From the IMG/VR virus record IMGVR_UViG_3300045557_000058, positions 1 through 56,444 of that record: DNA of 56,444 bases. One strand, written 5' to 3'. Within the stretch, counting starts at the first letter, position 1; each line of letters starts with the position of its first letter. A model generated the notes under the pieces. That model had not been told where the DNA came from. It searched no databases and was given only the letters and a program-made list of their open reading frames with translations. The position numbers and the translations under genes are program-made. The DNA is from a virus. Lineage: Duplodnaviria > Caudoviricetes. Positions 36,794 through 45,302 of the stretch are shown in pieces.

Positions 36794-36949
36794 GTGGGAA
36801 CTGCAAAAGTGCCTCGAACTATGAATTACCCTGCTGACGTTGATAAAATGCTGCAGGAAATTATGGCCAAAACCGGAGAAAATGCAACAGCCGTTGTCAT
36901 GCGGCTGATTCGCGAAGAAGCGCAGCGGGGCAACGCTAAAAAGGAGTGA
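36794..36949 (+). CDS. Ribbon-helix-helix (CopG/Arc-like) DNA-binding protein
   Basis: 51 aa MGTAKVPRTMNYPADVDKMLQEIMAKTGENATAVVMRLIREEAQ...: beta strand, helix, G turn, helix; below ORF-track cutoff. Confidence 0.7.
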   Translation: MGTAKVPRTMNYPADVDKMLQEIMAKTGENATAVVMRLIREEAQRGNAKKE

Positions 36950-36955
36950 TCCAAC

Positions 36956-37087
36956 TTGGATAATCCATATAACCCGCTCAATATTATTGTCGATCCATCA
37001 CTACCGCCCGGAACAATCAAAATTCGCAGCGGTAAAGAAACTTGGACCATAATCAACATTGAAACGCTAGAAACCGAAGAAAAGTGA
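36956..37087 (+). CDS. 43-aa hypothetical protein
   Basis: TTG start with SD AAGGAG; MDNPYNPLNIIVDPSLPPGTIKIRSG... Confidence 0.45.
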   Translation: MDNPYNPLNIIVDPSLPPGTIKIRSGKETWTIINIETLETEEK

Positions 37088-37145
37088 CCTCCTAGAATCG
37101 GTTTTAAGGCCCTTCTAATTTCTTCCGCTTATGTTTGTACCAATG

Positions 37146-37179
37146 AAAAAGCCCTCGGATTAACGTCCGGGGGCTTTTT
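37146..37179. terminator. Bidirectional intrinsic terminator between convergent transcription units
   Basis: AAAAAGCCCTCGGA-TTAACG-TCCGGGGGCTTTTT. Confidence 0.88.
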
Positions 37180-37184
37180 GCTAT

Positions 37185-37640
37185 TTATTGCGCATAGTGT
37201 TCGATTATGATCCCTTCTGTGTCGGACGGCGTTTCAAATTGTGCCATCATCCTGTCGATAATTGCAGGGTTTAGCCGACGCAATTCAGCGTTTCTCCGTT
37301 TGCACTCGTCTACCGAAGCTCGCACCCAATGAATCGTTACCGGACCCCATTTGCGCGACAGCTGCGTCCACATTCTCCGACGTTCCCTGGTAGTATTGGT
37401 CGCGTCGATGATAACCGCATATCCCTGCTCCAGCAGCGTATTCACCATGACCTGTGCGATTGCCCAAACCATCGGCTCTGCCTCTGGGATAAACTGCTGG
37501 CCGTGCAGCGCCAGCCTGATTGTGTCGGGGCAGACAACGACGGTATGGAGCGGGCTTACCGTGAGCTGCTTTGCCAGTGTGCTTTTCCCGCTACACGGCA
37601 ACCCTACCATGATAGCGACTCGCGAAACATATTCGCTCAT
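37185..37640 (-). CDS. P-loop kinase (AAA_33/polynucleotide kinase-like)
   Basis: GLPCSGKST, PDTIR, IIDATN...RR; start refined to ATG 37640. Confidence 0.85.
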   Translation of the reverse strand: MSEYVSRVAIMVGLPCSGKSTLAKQLTVSPLHTVVVCPDTIRLALHGQQFIPEAEPMVWAIAQVMVNTLLEQGYAVIIDATNTTRERRRMWTQLSRKWGPVTIHWVRASVDECKRRNAELRRLNPAIIDRMMAQFETPSDTEGIIIEHYAQ

Positions 37641-37909
37641 TCCGCTGCCTCGTATGTCGCAGCAAAGGTGTCGGCCTTGCAAGGATACATTTCGCTGTCA
37701 ATCCCAACGATAATATAATCCCCTTTATCGGCATGAAACCAGCCGGTTTTCGTTTCCACGTCGATGCCGTTGTGCTTGAACATGATCTCGCTATTTTCGT
37801 ATCCCTGGCGCACGCGCTCCGGCAGCGCGTCGTAGTCGTCTTGGTTTAGCCGCAGCAGTTCATCCACCGCATAGGCTTCAACAATGATCGGTTTCTTTTG
37901 GTACTTCAT
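37637..37909 (-). CDS. Conserved phage protein (KKPxxVEA...GDYI...YPCK family)
   Basis: MKYQKKPIIVEA, GDYIIVG..SEMYPCKADTF..TYE. Confidence 0.75.
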   Translation of the reverse strand: MKYQKKPIIVEAYAVDELLRLNQDDYDALPERVRQGYENSEIMFKHNGIDVETKTGWFHADKGDYIIVGIDSEMYPCKADTFAATYEAAE

Positions 37910-37919
37910 AATTTACCTC

Positions 37920-38129
37920 CTACTCGTTAATTGCGATTGACGCATTGGCCCACATGACCAGCTCTTGCAGCTTGGTAATTGCGAGGGATTTTTCCCTGGA
38001 CTCAGGGCAGCTGTCATTGATGAGATGCGCAAGTACCTGTGCCTCTGCGCGGATCGCCTTGTATTTAACCTGTTGTTCAGGCGTCGGCGCATGATAGGTG
38101 AAAATGTTTTCGATTTGCTCTTTGTTCAT
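37920..38129 (-). CDS. Acb2/Tad1-like helical-hairpin protein (putative cyclic-nucleotide sponge)
   Basis: FTYH.P...Y..IR...LA..I...CPESREKSLAITKLQE.VMWANASIA. Confidence 0.7.
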   Translation of the reverse strand: MNKEQIENIFTYHAPTPEQQVKYKAIRAEAQVLAHLINDSCPESREKSLAITKLQELVMWANASIAINE

Positions 38130-38154
38130 TGTGATTACCCTCCTATACTATTGT

Positions 38155-38502
38155 TTATTCGATTTGCATGTTGCCAAACTGCCGTTCCAATACCGCTCGC
38201 GACGCGCGAAGTTGCATGACGGTATTTTCGAGGCTTTCGGCCAGGCCGCACAAACTACCTAGCACTGTCGGTGTTACTTTTATTGCCGTATTCGCATCGA
38301 CCGGAATTGGTCCGTTTGTTTTCTCCCTGATCATATCCGCCTCGCTTTGCAGCGCATTTGCGGCACACCAAAGACGATCGATCTGATTGGAAACAGACAT
38401 AGATTCCGATGCAACCGCCTGTCCGACGTGGCGATAGCTTTCTGGAGGAGCGCACGCTCCCATCATTTCAGCCCCGTACGTTTTCACTTGACCGTTACCC
38501 AT
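38155..38502 (-). CDS. Hypothetical protein
   Basis: Start refined to ATG 38502 (MGNGQV). Confidence 0.55.
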   Translation of the reverse strand: MGNGQVKTYGAEMMGACAPPESYRHVGQAVASESMSVSNQIDRLWCAANALQSEADMIREKTNGPIPVDANTAIKVTPTVLGSLCGLAESLENTVMQLRASRAVLERQFGNMQIE

Positions 38503-39151
38503 TGTTTTTTCCCTTCCTTTCACATTTTTCTTTAACCATGCAGGTATCGCATTTCGCGGCCCGAATGAGTATTGCGCCTTCCGCTTCCTCTTCGGTGAGT
38601 AGTGAGCCACAAGAGAATGTCGCTCCGTCCGGGTGTTTGTATATATTCAGGCAATCCTCGTAGTTATACCAGGTCTTGCCGCCATCACGGGAAAAGCATT
38701 TCGAGTTGCGCCTGTTCTGCCATTGCGGTTCGCCGCCATACGAGACGGAAACGTCGTTCCACTCGCTAGGGTCGCTGGTGATCGGCGTCAGGGTTTCAAA
38801 CTTGGCCAGCTTGCTAAACAGGTTTATTGCGGAATGCGCCGAAGCGCCGCTGTGACCTTCCATCGCGAATACATACATCATATTCATGACCGAATCGGCG
38901 AGCATGCCGGAATAGTCACTATCTTTGTCGAACAGCCCGGCCCGTTTCATCTCGTCCCTTGCGTGGAATATCATATTTGACTCCCCGACAGCCTTGCGCA
39001 GCAGGAACATGAGCAGCGCAAGATATTTCCTATACAGATACCACTTTGCCTCACTGAGCTTCCATCCAATTCGCCGCCATAAACTAGGTTTGCACTCTAC
39101 CACCGCGAATGATTTGATCGGTTCTTCTTTTCCTACCGGCTCCATTAACAA
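38495..39151 (-). CDS. Conserved hypothetical phage protein
   Basis: EGHSGASA...LTPIT...EW...QNRR.S..F motif. Confidence 0.7.
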   Translation of the reverse strand: MLMEPVGKEEPIKSFAVVECKPSLWRRIGWKLSEAKWYLYRKYLALLMFLLRKAVGESNMIFHARDEMKRAGLFDKDSDYSGMLADSVMNMMYVFAMEGHSGASAHSAINLFSKLAKFETLTPITSDPSEWNDVSVSYGGEPQWQNRRNSKCFSRDGGKTWYNYEDCLNIYKHPDGATFSCGSLLTEEEAEGAILIRAAKCDTCMVKEKCERKGKNNG

Positions 39152-39480
39152 CCCACCTTTTCAAATTCTTTTACGTCATAATACCCACGCGCAACAAGGG
39201 CAGCGATGCAGATATCCTCTGGCAGTATGATAAACATAACGTCCGGCCATGCTACCACAAATTCCAAGCCGTGCCGCATCGACACAATCCGCGATAGATT
39301 ATCACAGAAAACCCGCCGCATGCTGAATTTGCACTGTTTCATTTTCTCTATAACTCTCCACGCCGCCGCAATGTCGGTACAATAGTTTATTGATCCGTCT
39401 TTCCCTTCAAGGTCCAGTGTTACCGCAACGAGTGAATTATGTTCTTCGGGTGACAGCTCATCCCATTGCATTATTGCCAC
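39145..39480 (-). CDS. Phage ABA-sandwich/BC1872-like protein
   Basis: YCTDIAAAWRVIEKM...ICIAAL. Confidence 0.65.
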   Translation of the reverse strand: MAIMQWDELSPEEHNSLVAVTLDLEGKDGSINYCTDIAAAWRVIEKMKQCKFSMRRVFCDNLSRIVSMRHGLEFVVAWPDVMFIILPEDICIAALVARGYYDVKEFEKVGC

Positions 39481-39640
39481 TCCTTCCGATTCCGAGCTCT
39501 TCTTTTCGCTCTTCGATCCGCGCTGTCAATCTTGCCAGCAGCCTTTCCTCCGCTTCATCCCTGTGTGGTTTGTCGCGCAGGGCGTGTTTGAAAATATACG
39601 CCTGCTGCAAAGTCATTTGCAGCATAATAAACTTGCCCAT
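39458..39640 (-). CDS. Hypothetical protein
   Basis: 60 aa with SD AAGGAGG. Confidence 0.55.
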   Translation of the reverse strand: MGKFIMLQMTLQQAYIFKHALRDKPHRDEAEERLLARLTARIEERKEELGIGRSGNNAMG

Positions 39641-39893
39641 CGGCCAGCCTCCTTTTCTGATAGCCGCTTATCGCCCGCAGTTCGTACAGTTTGGCCATTC
39701 CCTTGCCTGTCAGCCATCCGGTCCTCACTGAAACACCGAACTCGATATAACCTTTGCGGCAAATGCTTTCAAACTTCCTATCTACCTTTTTCGGCGGGTA
39801 CCGGGAATATAGAACTTCGTAGGCGAACGGTTCCGATTTGTCCCGCATGCGGGCCTCGATCAGCGACAGAATTTCCAATAGCCCGATGCTCAC
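39555..39893 (-). CDS. Hypothetical phage protein (winged-helix-like)
   Basis: GYIEFGVSVRTGWLTGKG motif. Confidence 0.6.
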   Translation of the reverse strand: MSIGLLEILSLIEARMRDKSEPFAYEVLYSRYPPKKVDRKFESICRKGYIEFGVSVRTGWLTGKGMAKLYELRAISGYQKRRLADGQVYYAANDFAAGVYFQTRPARQTTQG

Positions 39894-40369
39894 CTTCTAA
39901 AACACCCCCTTTCTGCTGCATATCTCGCTACTTGGATCACCATAGCCCTCCACCAACCAGACACTGTGTTTCGGTACGGCTCATTTCCTGTCTGTTCAGC
40001 GTACATATCGATCGCTGCGTCAATCCAACCCGGGTTTCCGCCGCGCGTTCTTGGCCGCTTCTGTCGCCCCAGCTCCCAACGAATGTGAATTAGTCTATAC
40101 CATTGCGGGCGATTGACCTTCCAATCCGCTAGACAATTTTCAATCGTTTCGCACCAGGCTTGATCGTGCCACGTCGACGACAACCTTAATGCTTTATTTT
40201 CAGTCACCCGCGATATATGCGTCGTCTTTCCTTCGTCCGTCGGTTTCGGCGCTGCGTGTAGCAGTTCTTCCCGGCTGGTTTCATATATCTGTTTTTTTTC
40301 GGGATAGGATAACAGCCAAAACGCGGCCAATTCATCCTGTTCTGCTATCCTATCGCTGAAATTACCCAA
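39890..40369 (-). CDS. RinA/ArpU-like late transcriptional activator (putative)
   Basis: LLSY...REELL...TENKAL.L...IE..L...LI..R, C-terminal HTH-like segment. Confidence 0.5.
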   Translation of the reverse strand: MGNFSDRIAEQDELAAFWLLSYPEKKQIYETSREELLHAAPKPTDEGKTTHISRVTENKALRLSSTWHDQAWCETIENCLADWKVNRPQWYRLIHIRWELGRQKRPRTRGGNPGWIDAAIDMYAEQTGNEPYRNTVSGWWRAMVIQVARYAAERGCFRR

Positions 40370-40631
40370 GCTGCGCTGCCATTAATGTGATTTGTGATAG
40401 CCGCTGGACACTGGCCGACAGCTTAACAAGCAAGGTGATGTTCTGCTGGTCCTTTTTATACGCCTCCCATGCGGTGGCCAGTTCGACAGTTGCCTTTGCA
40501 TATTCCGCACTGACCATAATTGATGTTTTGGCTTGCCGTAAAAGATCGTTCACGTCGGATTCTGCAAGGAATCTCTCTTCCGGTCCGTCTTTGGGTCGAT
40601 GAAGTATTGCTCTCACAGCTCTTTCCTCCAA
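40362..40631 (-). CDS. Hypothetical protein
   Basis: 89 aa ORF coupled to neighbours. Confidence 0.5.
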   Translation of the reverse strand: MEERAVRAILHRPKDGPEERFLAESDVNDLLRQAKTSIMVSAEYAKATVELATAWEAYKKDQQNITLLVKLSASVQRLSQITLMAAQLG

Positions 40632-40888
40632 TCATGTATTGACGCATGTACGAAAGGAATATTTTTATATATCACACGAAGCTGTGTTGCAATGCCCGGG
40701 AAGAATGTTTTGATATACCATTTATTGGCGATAGTAATCATCACATGTCGCATGAATTGAATTTTTTTGTCCTGTTCAGCGATTAGCGCGTTGAGTTCTT
40801 TCGCCTGGTCAGTGGTGATCCGGTGCAGGTTTCTTTTGTTGTTGAATTTCTTTTCAAGGATCTTTGTTGCTGCAGTTACGTCTAACAT
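40613..40888 (-). CDS. Hypothetical protein
   Basis: Start refined to ATG 40888 (SD AGGAGG). Confidence 0.55.
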   Translation of the reverse strand: MLDVTAATKILEKKFNNKRNLHRITTDQAKELNALIAEQDKKIQFMRHVMITIANKWYIKTFFPGIATQLRVIYKNIPFVHASIHDWRKEL

Positions 40889-41595
40889 GTTGTTTCCTCC
40901 TTTTTGTGAGATTCGCGTAGTAGCCGACACAGTTTGTTCAGTTCCAGGCACAGTTCCTTGCGGCGCGGGTAGTTGATATCACATTTGACTTTATTGATCA
41001 CTTTACAAACGTCGGTGATTGCTTGCTCGTAGGTGCTTATTTGTTCCCGCATCCTGCGGTTTTTGTCAAGCAGTGCGGTGCAGGCTTCCAACTTTTTTAA
41101 CGGCTCCCATTTTGACAATCCACTTAATTTGCAATCATCCATACGGTTCAGCGTATCAAATTCGGACTTGTTCGGTTGCTTCATGCACCACTTATTGCAG
41201 TTAGCACAATTTCGCATTGCCGCGCATTGTGCTTCTGCCTGCTCTGCGCGTTGGTTCAAAGCGTCGACTTCGGCAACAACCCGTTTTACTGTTGCTTCAT
41301 TGTTTTTGTGCATTACTGCTATTCGATGGTTGGCGTCAGTCAGTTGTCTTTTATAAAAGCCAATCTGTTCTTCCAGTTCGTCCAGCCGCTTGTTCGCTGC
41401 AGCTTTCCCATTATTGAATCCGTCTTGATATGCCTTTTCCATCGCTTCATCGTCGTGCAGTTCAGCCACCCTTGCATTGGCGGCGGCGAGTTGTTGTTCG
41501 AGGTCGATTTCCCGTTGCGTTTTCCAGCACAGACTGCAAATCGATGTTTCAAGCGCGTTAAGTTTTACCCAGATGTACTTATGCTCACACATCAC
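40882..41595 (-). CDS. Coiled-coil protein with Cys motifs
   Basis: CEH...CSLC and NCANC motifs, long heptads. Confidence 0.65.
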   Translation of the reverse strand: MMCEHKYIWVKLNALETSICSLCWKTQREIDLEQQLAAANARVAELHDDEAMEKAYQDGFNNGKAAANKRLDELEEQIGFYKRQLTDANHRIAVMHKNNEATVKRVVAEVDALNQRAEQAEAQCAAMRNCANCNKWCMKQPNKSEFDTLNRMDDCKLSGLSKWEPLKKLEACTALLDKNRRMREQISTYEQAITDVCKVINKVKCDINYPRRKELCLELNKLCRLLRESHKKEETTC

Positions 41596-41918
41596 TTTGC
41601 GCCCTCCTTTGCTTGCAGCCGATCAATTTCAGCCGCAATTAACGCCCCAGCAATCGTAAGACATTTAATCCTGTTATTCCCGCTTTTATGACCATGCTTT
41701 TTAATCAGCCCCCAGCAATCCCCGTCATTTTCAGCACACGGGTTGCCTCGCTCAAACGGGTCATGTACTTCGGCATCCGTACCGTCACAGGCTAAACTGG
41801 CGGCAATAACGGCAAGCGTGCCATATTCATGTTGACTGTCATGTTCTACTGTCCAGCCCTCTTCCTCGATCTGTCGCCGACGTTCATCAGCAATTAATTC
41901 AGCGCCTGTTTTCATCAT
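41592..41918 (-). CDS. Conserved phage protein
   Basis: IADERRRQIEEEGW..EHD...AGALIAAEIDRL. Confidence 0.75.
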   Translation of the reverse strand: MMKTGAELIADERRRQIEEEGWTVEHDSQHEYGTLAVIAASLACDGTDAEVHDPFERGNPCAENDGDCWGLIKKHGHKSGNNRIKCLTIAGALIAAEIDRLQAKEGAK

Positions 41919-42355
41919 TGCTGCCCCCTCACGATTTTTGTTGTGTACCGGCTCAACGATCGAATCATCCCGTGCATCAAATCAACTCTCTGACCAATCG
42001 TGATGTTTTTCTTGTTGGCCTTTTTCTCCAGTTTGCATTTCCCTTTTTTGTATAAGTACACTCCTATTCCAAAAGGGATCTCAGTTCGTACAGCTTCGTA
42101 CAGCTCGGCCGGCATCACGAAATAGTTATAGTCACCGGCGAATGACAGCTTGCTTTTGCTCCGAAAGTCGCTGGCGGTGATCTTTATTTCATAGCACCGG
42201 AAAACATTGTCGGACGCCATTGTGACAAAATCGCAGTATTGATCACCGTAGCCGGCGCCGAACGATACTTCATAACAACCATATACACCCAGCAAGTGCG
42301 CGCCGACAGCATCGTAAACTGCTTTCTCAATATCTTTTGTCAGCTCTGTTTTCAT
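41915..42355 (-). CDS. PD-(D/E)xK nuclease-fold protein (MmcB-like)
   Basis: CDF...CYEIKIT.SDF...GDYNYFVMP; start refined to ATG 42355. Confidence 0.7.
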   Translation of the reverse strand: MKTELTKDIEKAVYDAVGAHLLGVYGCYEVSFGAGYGDQYCDFVTMASDNVFRCYEIKITASDFRSKSKLSFAGDYNYFVMPAELYEAVRTEIPFGIGVYLYKKGKCKLEKKANKKNITIGQRVDLMHGMIRSLSRYTTKIVRGQQ

Positions 42356-42771
42356 GGTGCAATACCGCAATCCCATTTGTATGTGTGCGGTCCGTTTTTC
42401 CCATCGCATGCCTCTGCAACAAATTTTTCGTATTGATCACCCGTCAATATCCGGACCATCTGATCAATAACCCATGTTTTGTGATGAGCTCCGTCGATCC
42501 CGCCATATTGCACAGCAAGTAGTAAGCTGGCTGTGATTCTTTCCGTGAACTCTTCTTTGCGTTCCAGTAGTTCAACTACCGTACCCGGGTCTATCGCGGC
42601 GATAAAAGCGGCGTTATCGTCAATTTGTTGTGTTGCAAACTTATTACCCCAATGACTTCCGACGTGTATTATATTTGCAACCGAATCATAAACTGACCAG
42701 CCCATTTTCCCCCACGGTCCCGGTGTTGCTTTCTTTGCCAGTTCCAGTAAGGCTTTATCTTGTTCAGTCAT
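42352..42771 (-). CDS. Ead/Ea22-like protein
   Basis: AKKATPGPW...NAAFIAA.DP.TV.ELL. Confidence 0.75.
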   Translation of the reverse strand: MTEQDKALLELAKKATPGPWGKMGWSVYDSVANIIHVGSHWGNKFATQQIDDNAAFIAAIDPGTVVELLERKEEFTERITASLLLAVQYGGIDGAHHKTWVIDQMVRILTGDQYEKFVAEACDGKNGPHTYKWDCGIAP

Positions 42772-43072
42772 GTTGCGCCTCCGCTCGCTTTATTGTTGCC
42801 AAATAATCAAACCATCCAAGCCAGCACGATGCCTTTTGCTCGTTACTGTCGTCGCACTCCGCCCATTTATCACAATCATAATCAAGATCGCTCGGGCAAA
42901 AGTCGGCAAATTTAGCAACGCCTTCGGCGGCAATCAGAAGCATTGCGTCTTTGTTTTCGATTTCCGCCTGTTGCTGTTCAAGCAGATCTGCGATTTGTCT
43001 GCGCTGTTCTGTTGACAAGTCAAGCACATGGGATACTGTCGATATTGCTTCTTTTACCGTCATATCAGCCAT
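42764..43072 (-). CDS. Hypothetical protein
   Basis: 102 aa ORF in coupled accessory operon. Confidence 0.6.
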   Translation of the reverse strand: MADMTVKEAISTVSHVLDLSTEQRRQIADLLEQQQAEIENKDAMLLIAAEGVAKFADFCPSDLDYDCDKWAECDDSNEQKASCWLGWFDYLATIKRAEAQHD

Positions 43073-44160
43073 TATTCACACCCCTCAAATAAATCTTGTC
43101 CGTAAATCCACGGGTGACAGCGTTTTTCGATTAGCTTTATATATTCAGGGTTTATCTCTATCCCGATTCCGCTTCGCCCATACCGTGCAGCCACTTCCAG
43201 CGTCGTTCCCGATCCTACAAACGGGTCCAGTACAGTACCACCTTCCGGACAGCCAGCCAAGATGCAGGGAGTGATTAGCGCTGGCGGGTATGTTGCGAAG
43301 TGCGCTTCTTTGTACGGCTTGGTTGCTACTGTCCATACGCTACGTTTGTTGCGTAGTGCTTTGGGTTCGTAAAGGTTTCCTGATTTTGTCCTATTGAAGG
43401 CTACGGTATTTTCGGTATATTTTTTCCCGCCGTACCGCGTTTTGCCGCGTCCGTCTTTATGAAAAGACCCGTGCGCACGCTTTTCCATATCCCACCCGGC
43501 AGGTATTTTTTGATTCCCTGGTGTTTTTCTTTTCCCGCCTGTTTCATTATCAGCCGTTTCATCATGGCAATATGATCCACCCCTAAACCCGTTGGCCATT
43601 TCATTCTGAACGCAATCCTCTTTGATCGCCTCGGCATCGTAGTAGTATCTCGCCGACTTTGACAGCAGAAAAATGTATTCGTGCGCCTTAGTACACCGAT
43701 CTTTGATTGACTCTGGCATCGGGTTTGGTTTGTGCCAGATAATGTCTTGCCGCAAATACCAGCCATCGGCTTGCAAGGCAAACGCCACGCGCCACGGTAT
43801 GCCAAGCAGGTTTTTTGGCTGAAAGCCGGGAGTACGTTTGAACCCAGTAATTCCGCGATTTCCGTTATGCCCGTGAAATATTTCTCCCCCGGACTGGTGT
43901 CCTTGATTACCTCCGGCAGAATAGCTATCACCTAAGTTGATCCAAAGAGTCCCATCGTCCCTCAATACCCGCCGGACTTCCCGAAATACTTCAACCATCT
44001 TTGTGATAAATTCATCAATCGTTTCTTCCAGCCCGATTTGACCATCTATCCCATAATCACGAAGTCCAAAATAGGGCGGCGAAGTCACGCAGCAGTTTAC
44101 GCTTTCGCTCTCGATCTCACTTATCGCTTCGATCGCATTTCCGCAAATTATACGAATCAC
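43072..44160 (-). CDS. Orphan DNA methyltransferase (N4-C/N6-A, beta class)
   Basis: TSPPY, IIWHKPNPMPES, HFATYP, VLDPFVGSGTT. Confidence 0.93.
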   Translation of the reverse strand: MIRIICGNAIEAISEIESESVNCCVTSPPYFGLRDYGIDGQIGLEETIDEFITKMVEVFREVRRVLRDDGTLWINLGDSYSAGGNQGHQSGGEIFHGHNGNRGITGFKRTPGFQPKNLLGIPWRVAFALQADGWYLRQDIIWHKPNPMPESIKDRCTKAHEYIFLLSKSARYYYDAEAIKEDCVQNEMANGFRGGSYCHDETADNETGGKRKTPGNQKIPAGWDMEKRAHGSFHKDGRGKTRYGGKKYTENTVAFNRTKSGNLYEPKALRNKRSVWTVATKPYKEAHFATYPPALITPCILAGCPEGGTVLDPFVGSGTTLEVAARYGRSGIGIEINPEYIKLIEKRCHPWIYGQDLFEGCE

Positions 44161-44366
44161 GGCCTACGCCTCACCAATTCACGCAGCTCGAAATATTGAT
44201 CAGTCAGATAGTTGATATCCCTTTGCTGTGCTTCAATCTGCAACCGGAAATATGCGTTTTCCGCTCTGTAGCTATACAGTAGGGATCTTGCGGTAAATGC
44301 GGCATCAATGCCAGCAATGGCCAATACGGTTAAGAAAATCGCAAATGCAATGAGTAATTTTTTCAT
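44157..44366 (-). CDS. Small membrane-anchored coiled-coil protein
   Basis: Start refined to ATG 44366 (MKKLLIAFAIFLTVLAIAG). Confidence 0.55.
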   Translation of the reverse strand: MKKLLIAFAIFLTVLAIAGIDAAFTARSLLYSYRAENAYFRLQIEAQQRDINYLTDQYFELRELVRRRP

Positions 44367-45031
44367 TGGCAACCCATTCCTTTCTGTGTGTTTTCGGCTA
44401 CAGACAGGCACGCTTCATCTGGCAGCCCATTGTCAATTCTTTTTTGCAACGTACTTCTGTTTATCCCTTTTTCTTTTGCCCACTGTGACGCTGTTTTTGC
44501 AATTCCGTTTTGCATTAGCAGCCTATTGTTTCTCATGTTGTTTTGTTGGTCCGTTCGCGTGGCCCACCTGCAATTCCCCTTGCTGTACCCCTGATTATTA
44601 TCAATTCTGTCAAGGGTGAGTCCTTTCGGGCATTCTCCCATGTCGCGAAAGAAGTTGGCAAAAGTTTTCCATTCTTCACAACAAACAATCCCGCGCCCAC
44701 CGTAATATTCATAGTGTGTTGCTTTTTGGTTACAGCACCGCTGAATCATTAAATGCCAAATATTATATGTCCTTGTTCCGCACATTCCGTGTTTTATTTT
44801 ATGAAGCTCACCGCCTAGTCTTTTAGTCCACGCAGAAAGTAAACAGCCGCACGACTTTGTGTTTCCGTTTTTTAAATTATTTCCAAGAATAACTTTTTCT
44901 TTTCCACACTCACAGCGGCAGAGCCAGTAATATTGTCGCCGCGCATTTTTATGTGAAAATTCAACGACGGTTAATCGCCCATAAACATTACCAACTAGAT
45001 CAATATTTTTAGGCAATACCGTCACCCCCAT
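44363..45031 (-). CDS. HNH-type homing endonuclease-like protein
   Basis: YGRLTV, WLCRCECG, TKSCGC, YGGRGI, TLDRIDNN.GY...NCRWAT. Confidence 0.85.
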   Translation of the reverse strand: MGVTVLPKNIDLVGNVYGRLTVVEFSHKNARRQYYWLCRCECGKEKVILGNNLKNGNTKSCGCLLSAWTKRLGGELHKIKHGMCGTRTYNIWHLMIQRCCNQKATHYEYYGGRGIVCCEEWKTFANFFRDMGECPKGLTLDRIDNNQGYSKGNCRWATRTDQQNNMRNNRLLMQNGIAKTASQWAKEKGINRSTLQKRIDNGLPDEACLSVAENTQKGMGCQ

Positions 45032-45302
45032 AATAATTTTTCAAATACTCTTCGATGAATTTCTTTACTGCAATGGAATTTTTACCAAAATGTCTTTCAT
45101 AATGGCATTTTTCACACAACACAACTCCGCACTCAACACGGTCCTGTTTGTCCGGTCCACACGGTTCGTGATGAAATTTTTCCCCAGGATCAACCCACCT
45201 GCCGCACAGGACGCAGCAATCATTATCGCGTTCATGAATGTCAGCGTTTAGTTTTGCGAGCTTTTCGCCTTTAAGTCGGACCGGCTTGTTTTTTGCAATC
45301 AT
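45009..45302 (-). CDS. Small HNH endonuclease
   Basis: RD..CVLCG...HH...LCEKCH..RH. Confidence 0.8.
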   Translation of the reverse strand: MIAKNKPVRLKGEKLAKLNADIHERDNDCCVLCGRWVDPGEKFHHEPCGPDKQDRVECGVVLCEKCHYERHFGKNSIAVKKFIEEYLKNYYGGDGIA

